DNA of 32,000 nucleotides from Candidatus Saccharimonadota bacterium (GTDB taxonomy: Bacteria > Bacteroidota > Bacteroidia > Cytophagales > Amoebophilaceae), in the NCBI RefSeq assembly GCF_964030745.1, contig NZ_OZ034918.1, positions 570,001-602,000 of the forward strand. Reading direction: 5' to 3'. The translations under genes and the position numbers were made by a program. A model generated the notes under the pieces. The model was not told where the DNA came from, did not search any database, and saw only the letters and a program-made list of their open reading frames with translations. Positions 19,308 to 26,940 of this stretch are shown one piece after another (the stretch's first letter is position 1; every line of letters starts with the position of its first letter).

Positions 19308-22300
19308 ATGATCTGCTTGAATATACCGCTCGTAATAGTAGGAGCCTTTTTGGTATTAACCTTGGTGGTAGGTATCTATTTTAGTAGAAAAAAAACTACT
19401 TTTCGGCAATATGCAGTAGGTAATAAGCAGTTTGCTACTGCTACTTTGGTGGCTACGGTATTGGCTACGCTTTTTGGAGGAGGAGGGCTGGTGCGTACTA
19501 TAGAGCGTGTCCATAGTTCTGGTTTTTATTGGGTAATATTAGCACTTTCAGGTAGCTTGGCTGTTGGGGTTATCAGTCCATTGGCCTTGCGTATGGGACC
19601 ATTTATGCAGCACCTTTCTCTTCCAGAGACTACAGGTAAAATATATGGTAAGTATGCGAGAGTTATTACGGCCTTAGCCAGTATTGGTTCTTCTATTGCT
19701 TTAATTGCTGGTCAAATCAATGTGATGTCCCTGGCTATTAGGATCTGTATAGATTCAATTGATCCAAAATCAATTACAATTTTTGCAACTTTAATACTTA
19801 TTGTTTATTCCATGTTTGGAGGTATTCGTGCCATTACCTTGACGGATGTATTACAATTTGTAACCTTTGCTGTTATTATTCCGCTTTTGGCTTATTATAT
19901 GATGTTAGCAACAGGAGATAAGCCAGTTGGTGAAATTATTTCTTTTTTACAGAGTCAAAAAAAATTTCAACTTAGTAGCGTATTGTATTTTGATACAAAA
20001 CTAGTCGCTATGATTGCGCTGATTTTATCTAATCTTATGTCCTATATAGACCCACCAACCATGCAGAGGGTCTATATGTGCTCTGGTCCTATCCAAGCAA
20101 GAAGTGTTTTTTTATATTCTACCTTTTTTAGCTTTGTTATAAAGATTTTTATAATTCTAGTGGGCCTATTTGTCTTCGTGGGAGCACCAGAGTTGCCGGT
20201 GGAATCCATTTGGAGTTATATAATGGTTCATATCCCACCTATGTTTAAGGGGGCAGTTTCCATTAGTTTACTTGCCATGGCTATGTCTACAGCTGATTCT
20301 TGCTTAAATTCATGTGCTGTTATGGTTAGCCATGATATTTTAGAAAGTGTAAGGGGTGTAAAGGATGTTCCCTATGTTCATCAGATCCGATTAGCTAGGA
20401 TAACTACTCTAGTTGTCGGACTATTTGCTATGGTATTATCTTTTTATTATGGCGATTTATTAAATCTATTTGTACTAGCTCTTGATTTGTCCGTCCCTAT
20501 CATAACGGCCCCTTTTATATTAGCTATTTTTGGTTTTAGGGGTACTTCACGTACCGCTTTGATCGGTATGGCTACAGGTGTATTGGCTATTGTAGCCTGG
20601 AACAAATGGGTTGAACCATCAACAAAAATAGACGGTTCCTTTGTGTGTATGTTAGCCAATGGTTTGGCTATGTTGGCTGCCCACTACCTATTCAAGCAGC
20701 CGGAAAATACAGGGTGGGTTGGGCCGGACGATGCCTTTGTACAGTTGCAGCAAGTCCGTGCCCGTAAACAGCAGGCACGTAAAGAAGCGATTAAAAATGG
20801 ATTGCTACATTTCAAAGAAACCTTGGCGCGACTGCGCCCCAGTCATGCTACACTTACATGTGTGGGGTTTTATGTACTTATCAGCAATTTACTAACCTAT
20901 TTTATAGCCCCTATTACTGACCATGGAGGCTGGCTCATTGCGCAGCTCTTGATAGGCATTTGCTTTTTAGGGTATAGTACCTTTGTCTCAGAAAAAATAA
21001 AACTGATTCCAAATTGGCTTATTGGACTACTTTGGCTAACTGGCTTATCTTTTTGCTTGCCTATCAATGTGCTATGGCACTGGTGGCATGGCACCAATCT
21101 GCTCTTAACCTTAGGTTTATCTTTGGTCCATTTGGTAGTAACCTTGTTGGTGCTTCCTTTATATCTTGGTGTCAGTTTTGTAATGGCTACCCTATTTATG
21201 GTTATCTACCTAAGCTCCATTTATTGTACCAATACATTAGTGCTTTCGCCATCAACTGTTGGGTTTCTGTTACTCTTCTGTTTGGGCTTAGGTTTGCTTA
21301 TTTTTGGCATTTTTGTTTACCTTAAGGCTAAGAATAATCATTATCTTGACCAAGTAAGCTACTTAAGGAATAGAGAGAAGATGCATACATCTCGTAAGCT
21401 AAAGGAATCGCTCTATAATTCAGCTATGCTTACTACTGCTCATACCCAGCCTAAAGGAACCGGCTCTATTTTAGCCCAAGTAGTAGGAAAAGTGGAAGAA
21501 TCCATCTCCTTTTTAGATGACGACATGCCCCTTTATAAAAAGGATTTCCAAAGCATTATCAATAAGTTTTATGATTGGGTGACCTATTTCAATAAAAAAG
21601 ACAAGGCCAAGGACCATGCATTATTGCAGCCTACTAAAATTACTGTAGATGCGTTGATTCGTAAGGTAGAGGTTGCCTTGTCTCAAGAGGTTGTACATCC
21701 TCCTAGGCTTTTTGTAGCGCAAATACAGGGGGGGGATAGTGTGCATTCTTTTTATATTATATGCGACATCGATCAGGTAATCTATGCATTGGTTAAGGCT
21801 ATTTTACAAGTTGGTAAGCTAGAAGATACGCTTGCGCCATTGGTTAAAATAGAATTCCACACCACCTCTTTGCAATTTAAACAGGCAGATCCTCTTGATG
21901 ATAGCGCGCCTTCTTGTATCGCTTTCGAAGCCATTGCGTTAGTGATAAGCGACCTTAGTACGCCTCCTGAAGCGCTTCCGACCATCAAAGCGGTCTATGA
22001 TGATGTGGTAGATGGCATGGGGGCACAAGGTAGACCAGAAATGTCACCATCGTTGGACCTTCAGCAGGAAACGATAGCCAGTATTGTGGCTGCCCATTAT
22101 GGTTATATGGAATATGGGACTGATGTTAAGAACAAAGCTATATTATTGGTATTGCCTACTGATGTCACAGCTATTCGTGATAAAATGATGATCAAGCTAC
22201 CTATAGACTGCTTAACATCCGAAATGCCTATCACCCCTAAGGAGCAAGCCGATTCCATGATGGTATTGATGCAGTTCCATGACTATATCTGCAAGTCTTC

Positions 22301-22919
22301 TCATCGATCAGATCCTGTTGATGTAGCCACAGTTTCTGGTTTGCTTTTATTGTTGCGGAAACATTTTCGCTTTAGGCGGCATAGCTCTGGCCAATTGTTT
22401 TATGTACGGGCGGTAGGCATTGCTGAATTGGTGGTAGAATGGGTTTTTCACTCGCCTAAAGTAATTTATGCCTCTTTGCTCTATGAGTTGGTACGCCATA
22501 CCTGTTTGCCCCTTTCTTATATTAAGCGCCATTATAATTTAGGCGTCTATGCCTTTGTATTGAATGTAGTGGGTATAGACAAACGTCAAGAACTAGATCA
22601 TCCCTCATTGCTTTATGTCCAGAACCGTTTGAAGGCAGCCATTAAAGAAGACCATGTACAGCTCTCTGTGCTCTTTATAAAACTGGCTGAGCGGCTCTAT
22701 GACCTACGCCATGCAGCAGGTTACATGCACCTCACAGAGGTACAACATATGGCGCAGGAAACCTTGGCTATAGATGTGCCAATAGCCCATGCATACTTGG
22801 GCCAAGAGATAAGCATGGCATTAGAGCAAGCGGCCAAACAGGCATTAGAGATTTATAAAAATAAACGTCAAGAACAATACATGCACCCGTCCTTCAAGGA
22901 CTTAGGACAACCCACTTAA
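19308..22919 (+). CDS. Multidomain membrane protein: SSS domain + extra TM block + degenerate HisK-like module + degenerate RelA/SpoT-type HD domain
   Basis: Uninterrupted 1203-aa frame. The SSS domain runs to ~20722 (WVG). A TM block spans ~20855-21330. The HK-like region spans ~21420-22170, with AHTQPKGTGSI resembling an H-box and ICDIDQVIYALVKAILQVGK...LLVLP resembling a HATPase fold. The HD-like region spans ~22321-22840, with HSSGQLFYVRAVGIAELV, SLLYELVRHT, IKLAERLYDLRH and AQETLAIDVPIAHAYLG. Confidence 0.75.
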   Translation: MICLNIPLVIVGAFLVLTLVVGIYFSRKKTTFRQYAVGNKQFATATLVATVLATLFGGGGLVRTIERVHSSGFYWVILALSGSLAVGVISPLALRMGPFMQHLSLPETTGKIYGKYARVITALASIGSSIALIAGQINVMSLAIRICIDSIDPKSITIFATLILIVYSMFGGIRAITLTDVLQFVTFAVIIPLLAYYMMLATGDKPVGEIISFLQSQKKFQLSSVLYFDTKLVAMIALILSNLMSYIDPPTMQRVYMCSGPIQARSVFLYSTFFSFVIKIFIILVGLFVFVGAPELPVESIWSYIMVHIPPMFKGAVSISLLAMAMSTADSCLNSCAVMVSHDILESVRGVKDVPYVHQIRLARITTLVVGLFAMVLSFYYGDLLNLFVLALDLSVPIITAPFILAIFGFRGTSRTALIGMATGVLAIVAWNKWVEPSTKIDGSFVCMLANGLAMLAAHYLFKQPENTGWVGPDDAFVQLQQVRARKQQARKEAIKNGLLHFKETLARLRPSHATLTCVGFYVLISNLLTYFIAPITDHGGWLIAQLLIGICFLGYSTFVSEKIKLIPNWLIGLLWLTGLSFCLPINVLWHWWHGTNLLLTLGLSLVHLVVTLLVLPLYLGVSFVMATLFMVIYLSSIYCTNTLVLSPSTVGFLLLFCLGLGLLIFGIFVYLKAKNNHYLDQVSYLRNREKMHTSRKLKESLYNSAMLTTAHTQPKGTGSILAQVVGKVEESISFLDDDMPLYKKDFQSIINKFYDWVTYFNKKDKAKDHALLQPTKITVDALIRKVEVALSQEVVHPPRLFVAQIQGGDSVHSFYIICDIDQVIYALVKAILQVGKLEDTLAPLVKIEFHTTSLQFKQADPLDDSAPSCIAFEAIALVISDLSTPPEALPTIKAVYDDVVDGMGAQGRPEMSPSLDLQQETIASIVAAHYGYMEYGTDVKNKAILLVLPTDVTAIRDKMMIKLPIDCLTSEMPITPKEQADSMMVLMQFHDYICKSSHRSDPVDVATVSGLLLLLRKHFRFRRHSSGQLFYVRAVGIAELVVEWVFHSPKVIYASLLYELVRHTCLPLSYIKRHYNLGVYAFVLNVVGIDKRQELDHPSLLYVQNRLKAAIKEDHVQLSVLFIKLAERLYDLRHAAGYMHLTEVQHMAQETLAIDVPIAHAYLGQEISMALEQAAKQALEIYKNKRQEQYMHPSFKDLGQPT

Positions 22920-23193
22920 CTTAAGGTTATTTTAATTTTATTTTGTATTATTGCGCTAGTTAGTCGCCCCTGAAGTATTATTTATTTACTTACCTGTTAA
23001 TCACAATAACAAGTATCAAAAACCTTTTTGTATTGATTATCAAATTAAAAAAATGATATAATCCAGTACTCATCTGAATACCTTAGGATCGACTAGTTAA
23101 AATAAAGCTGATCTGTCGTTTGATGTTCCTGTTCAAATTAGTAGCAGAAAGTACTTCTATATCACGCTTTTTTATTGGTATCAAGAAATTATT

Positions 23194-24381
23194 ATGAAGC
23201 AATTTATCCTAAATACTACCATACTAATGGTTAGTAGCCTCCTTTGTACGTTACAAGCAAGCAGCTGTTCGCAAGCGCAAAAGGAAAAACAGCAGAATCC
23301 TATTAGTAGCTTGAAGCCTCTATTCGACTCCTTTAGTCAAGGAGTATATAACACACCAATTCAGTATCATAATAGTTCATCTGTTGAATTAGGTCAGACA
23401 ACGGCTACAGGTGGTAATCTAATACATACAGCTGAATTAGGTCAGACAACGGCTACAGGTAGTAAGCTAACACATACAGCTGATGAAGCACTAAATAAAA
23501 AGCGGGATAAAGCTAGTCGAATTAGTATAGGATTATCAAGCGAGGAAGCTCATTTTGTAGATAATGTAGGCCAAAAAGATTCAGAGCTTGCAAAAAATAG
23601 GGAAGCGTTCGAAGGAGTCATAGGAACCGTCCGTAAAACTTTGGACAAAGATATTAAGCCTGCGTACAGTATGGTGCAGAAAATGATAGATGACTTGGAG
23701 CAAGAACCCAAAGCAGCCACTATGCTAAATATGCCACCTCAAACTCTATTAGCACCACTACGTCTTCAGCCTATTTTTTATCCTATTGAAGACAAAGAAG
23801 AAAATAAAGTAATGGGCATCTTCAAGAACTTAATCCGGAATTACCCCGGCATAGAAGATATAAAAACCATCAAAGAATTTCTATTACAACTTTCTGCTCA
23901 ACTAGAAACCCTGAGCCAGGGCTTTGATAAAGTAGAAGAAATAAAACGACTGTTTGCAGATACAGCGGAAGCAACCATACTGCTAGAAAAATTCAATGAA
24001 CTACTACTGTGGCATAAAGAGTTCGAAAATTCCAAACATATTCTTAAATTTTTATTTAATTCATCGAGCTTACCACCTGTATCAGAAATACAGGCAACCT
24101 TTAGCGCATTAGAGGTTTTACATAAAAAAATTGATAATAATAGTAATCATGCAGGTGAACTGCATGATATATTGTCGGAATTAAAAAAGATTTATAAACA
24201 ATTTTTGGCAAATTATGAAAGCTTCTGTGCGACTCTGTCTAGATCCAATGATGGGCAAGATTCTGAATATGGGTACCTAAAAGCATACTTTTTAGTTTTA
24301 GAAATGATCTATACCCACCATTATGGATTTATGTTAGTAGAGAAAACGGTTGAAAGAATAAAGAATAGCGCTAACTCATAG
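23194..24381 (+). CDS. Hypothetical secreted lipoprotein with internal tandem repeat and helical C-terminal region
   Basis: 395 aa, ATG start. It has a signal peptide with a candidate lipobox (LLCTLQASSC). No recognisable catalytic motifs. Confidence 0.6.
   Translation: MKQFILNTTILMVSSLLCTLQASSCSQAQKEKQQNPISSLKPLFDSFSQGVYNTPIQYHNSSSVELGQTTATGGNLIHTAELGQTTATGSKLTHTADEALNKKRDKASRISIGLSSEEAHFVDNVGQKDSELAKNREAFEGVIGTVRKTLDKDIKPAYSMVQKMIDDLEQEPKAATMLNMPPQTLLAPLRLQPIFYPIEDKEENKVMGIFKNLIRNYPGIEDIKTIKEFLLQLSAQLETLSQGFDKVEEIKRLFADTAEATILLEKFNELLLWHKEFENSKHILKFLFNSSSLPPVSEIQATFSALEVLHKKIDNNSNHAGELHDILSELKKIYKQFLANYESFCATLSRSNDGQDSEYGYLKAYFLVLEMIYTHHYGFMLVEKTVERIKNSANS
23386..23481 (+). repeat. 2 x 48-bp in-frame tandem repeat inside the lipoprotein gene
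   Basis: The two units are gaattaggtcagacaacggctacaggtGgtaaTctaaTacatacagct and gaattaggtcagacaacggctacaggtAgtaaGctaaCacatacagct. They encode ELGQTTATGGNLIHTA and ELGQTTATGSKLTHTA. Confidence 0.95.
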
Positions 24382-24405
24382 AAATAAGAATTTTATCGTA
24401 ATAAA

Positions 24406-24423
24406 CTGAGGCTATTGCAATAG
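24406..24423 (+). repeat. Solo IS5-like terminal repeat (IS scar)
   Basis: ctgaggctattgcaatag versus the left inverted repeat of the intact IS, ttgaggccgttgcaatag (6402-6419). No transposase is adjacent. Confidence 0.6.
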
Positions 24424-24449
24424 CCAGTTCCAGCCGTGCGTCTCCTTTC

Positions 24450-24675
24450 AGCTATTTACTAGAGCGCCATTTTTTTATCGAAGGAGACGTAGGGCTGGCA
24501 ATGGTTAGCCATTTGCTTTTTCAGAAAAAGGCAGCCATAGTGATGAATGGATATGGCAGAAAAGTAGATTTGTATCTAATCACGTCACTGGTTAGTAATG
24601 AATTGTATTCCACTTTTTTCTTGATAAAGAAGTGGACAAAAATCAAGCCCTAGGTAAAAAGTGGGGGACCTCACC
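24450..24675 (-). repeat. Mosaic repeat modules (family-A end fragment plus module C), inverted relative to 5580-5910
   Basis: 24455-24495 (tttactagagcgccatttttttatcgaaggagacg) matches 5577-5612. 24571-24675 is the reverse complement of module C (5803-5910). Confidence 0.8.
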
Positions 24676-24779
24676 GCCATAGCATTGAACACACAATGGC
24701 GTCAACTTAAGAGTGATATATTATTGACTATTAAATAGAATAGCATTTTTTACATGGAGTATTGGTATACGCAGTACTT

Positions 24780-24962
24780 GTGGCCACCGATAAAAGATTT
24801 GGCGCGCAGTAAAGGCAATGAAACAATCTATTGTTCAGCGGGAAAAACAGAACTTGCCTACTTCGTAGGCTGCAAACAGGCTGTTTTTCTAATCCGCTGA
24901 ACAATAGATTGTTTAAAGACTTCCGCTTTACTGAAGCGCCGCATTCCTTTATCGGCGGCCAC
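24780..24962. repeat. Family-A' long palindrome (structural variant of family A)
   Basis: The outer arms gtggccaccgataaa and tttatcggcggccac pair, as do the inner arms aaacaatctattgttcagcgg and ccgctgaacaatagattgttt. The apex is gcctac-ttc-gtaggc. The layout is the same as the family-A core, but the stem sequences differ. Confidence 0.85.
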
Positions 24963-24986
24963 AATAGATTTTCTTATCATTATCAG

Positions 24987-25208
24987 CCCCGCGTCTCCTT
25001 CGATAAAAAATGGCGCTCTAGTAAAATACTAACGCCTGAGCGATATCTTTTTTAGCGGATTAGAAAATCGTCTGTTTGAAGCCCGCTTGCGGGCTGAGTT
25101 CACGATTTTCCCGCTGAAAAAGATATCGATTCAGCTATTTACTATCGGGCCAGACTTTTTATCGAAGGAGATAAGGGGCCCCAACCACAGGCGTGAATAG
25201 ATACTACT
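24987..25208 (+). repeat. Family-A long-palindrome repeat (copy A4, most complete)
   Basis: Imperfect palindrome centred on gcccgcttgcgggc (25081-25094). ctccttcgataaaaa (24995-25009) pairs perfectly with tttttatcgaaggag (25156-25170). Inner arms: gcgatatctttttt-agcgg / ccgctgaaaaagatatcg and gaaaatcgt / acgattttc. Confidence 0.92.
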
Positions 25209-25220
25209 ATATTTTTTCTG

Positions 25221-26213
25221 CTAGAAAGATTGAATGCCTATGGCTTCTCGTACCATTTCTATGGTTGCTTTTGCCAATTGAGCTGCTTTTGCAGTACCAT
25301 AATGGAGTATTTCTTTTACCATGTTGGTATCCAAACTATCCCTTTTTGCTCTGATAGGGCCTAATAAGCGTTGTAAACTATCATTTAAGATGTTTTTAAT
25401 GACCACGTCACCCAATCCACCACGTCTGTAGTGAGCTTTTAAGTCAGCAACAGCTTCCTGGTCACTATGAAAGGCATCTAAATAGGTAAATACAACATTG
25501 CCTTCTACACGTCCAGGGTCGCTAGCTTTAATATGGTCAGGGTCTGTATACATCTGAAAAACTTTTTTCTTGATGACATCTGGTGGATCGGAAAGTGCAA
25601 TGGCATTGCCTAATGACTTGCTTGACTTGGATTTACCATCTATGCCCACTAGCCTAGATGTTTTACTTAAAACCGCTTTGCATTCCTTTAAAATGTTGGT
25701 GTGATAGATTTTATTAAAACGCCTAACGATTTCATTGGTTTGCTCAATCATGGGCAATTGATCATCCCCAACTGGGACCAGCTCTGCTTGAAATAGGGTA
25801 ATATCTGCCGCTTGACTAACCGGATAACAAAAAAAACCTGCCGGAATGGATTTACTATATCCTTTTTGCTGTATTTCATACTTTACAGTAGGGTTGCGAT
25901 TCAATTGACCCAAAGTGACCAAATTGAGATAATAAACTGTTAACTCTGCAATTTCTGGTATTTGAGACTGAACTACAATGGTTGTTTGGTCAGGGTCAAT
26001 CCCAATGCTTAAGTAATCCTTGGTAACTTCAATAATATTTTGAGTAACTTTTTCTGGATGGTCAAAATGATCCGTTAAGGCTTGTAGGTCTGCTACTAGG
26101 ATATACTGATCGTATGTACTTTGCAATTTGATCCTGTTTTGCAAGGAGCCAATATAATGACCTAAATGGAGTTTGCCAGTTGGCCGATCACCTGTTAAGA
26201 TTTTCTTTTTCAT
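25221..26213 (-). CDS. trpS: Tryptophan--tRNA ligase
   Basis: Class I aaRS motifs: GDRPTGKLHLGHYIG (HIGH-type) and KSSKS (KMSKS-type). Also VGDDQLPMIE, typical of TrpRS. The ATG is at 26213 (MKKKILTG); the ORF track extends to a TTG at 26234. Confidence 0.92.
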   Translation of the reverse strand: MKKKILTGDRPTGKLHLGHYIGSLQNRIKLQSTYDQYILVADLQALTDHFDHPEKVTQNIIEVTKDYLSIGIDPDQTTIVVQSQIPEIAELTVYYLNLVTLGQLNRNPTVKYEIQQKGYSKSIPAGFFCYPVSQAADITLFQAELVPVGDDQLPMIEQTNEIVRRFNKIYHTNILKECKAVLSKTSRLVGIDGKSKSSKSLGNAIALSDPPDVIKKKVFQMYTDPDHIKASDPGRVEGNVVFTYLDAFHSDQEAVADLKAHYRRGGLGDVVIKNILNDSLQRLLGPIRAKRDSLDTNMVKEILHYGTAKAAQLAKATIEMVREAIGIQSF

Positions 26214-26241
26214 GCTTGTGTAACCTTCATTCAATGGAGCT

Positions 26242-26940
26242 TTATCCTATCTTGGTCTTACATAAAGCATATAATATGTATAACCAAACACTACAAAAAA
26301 GTCCTTCAACCTGCATAGCTGTGGTCAAGAGGATCCATACTACTATTAAAAAGTAACGGGATCTATTCGCTTGAAAAGAAAACCCTTGAAACTTCAAAGC
26401 TACAAATGAAATATTGGCAACCAATAGATAAGAAAGTAGTATCGTGAATAAAGGCAACACCAGGGGCTGCGTTAACCCATTGACCAAGTCTGGATAAAGG
26501 GCGCGTTTTAAAATCATAGGTAATGTGGCGATCAGTATGGCACTAGCTGGTGTGGGCAACCCCCTAAATTGATTTGTCTGTTTGGGATCCACATTAAACT
26601 TAGACAACCTAAGTGCCGAAAAGACAACTATACATAAAGCTACATAAGGACGATAAGGACAGCGCTCATAAGTTTGAATCAATTTATAGAGTATAGCCGC
26701 AGGCAACATGCCAAAACTAATAAGGTCTGCTAATGCATCTAATTGCTTTCCGAAGGCAGATTGTGCATGCAGCAATTTTGCAGCGAAACCATCTAAAAAA
26801 TCAAAACAAGCCCCTATAAATATGCTATAACCAGCATATATCAGATGACCGTTTAGGGCCAGTACGGTGCCTATAGCGCCGCTGATTAGGTTTAAAATAG
26901 ATAAACAATTGGGAATATGCTTTTTCATATTTTCCTGCAT
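26242..26940 (-). CDS. pssA: CDP-alcohol phosphatidyltransferase, probable CDP-diacylglycerol--serine O-phosphatidyltransferase
   Basis: 232 aa, multi-TM. CDP-alcohol transferase motif: DFLDGFAAKLLHAQSAFGKQLDALADLISFG (DGx2Ax8Gx3Dx3D). Size and layout fit Bacteroidota PssA. Substrate assignment is inference. Confidence 0.75.
   Translation of the reverse strand: MQENMKKHIPNCLSILNLISGAIGTVLALNGHLIYAGYSIFIGACFDFLDGFAAKLLHAQSAFGKQLDALADLISFGMLPAAILYKLIQTYERCPYRPYVALCIVVFSALRLSKFNVDPKQTNQFRGLPTPASAILIATLPMILKRALYPDLVNGLTQPLVLPLFTILLSYLLVANISFVALKFQGFSFQANRSRYFLIVVWILLTTAMQVEGLFCSVWLYILYALCKTKIG

Noticed and set aside
21420-22170. Calling the middle module an active sensor histidine kinase
   Set aside because: The N, G1 and G2 ATP-binding boxes cannot be found by eye (AILQVGK, ISDLSTPP, PSLDLQQ at the expected positions). 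No response regulator is adjacent. Only a kinase-like fold is proposed.
20447-22532. Six short ORFs on both strands inside the 1203-aa gene, possibly hinting that the long ORF is an artefact or pseudogene
   Set aside because: The long frame is uninterrupted and shows recognisable domain homology along its length (SSS, HK-like, HD-like). The internal ORFs are hydrophobic mirror frames of TM-rich sequence.
24731-25055. ORFs 24731-24964 (-) and 24831-25055 (+)
   Set aside because: Both are read through the A' and A palindromes, and the mirror-image ORFs on both strands are a by-product of palindromic sequence. There is no protein-like composition or homology.
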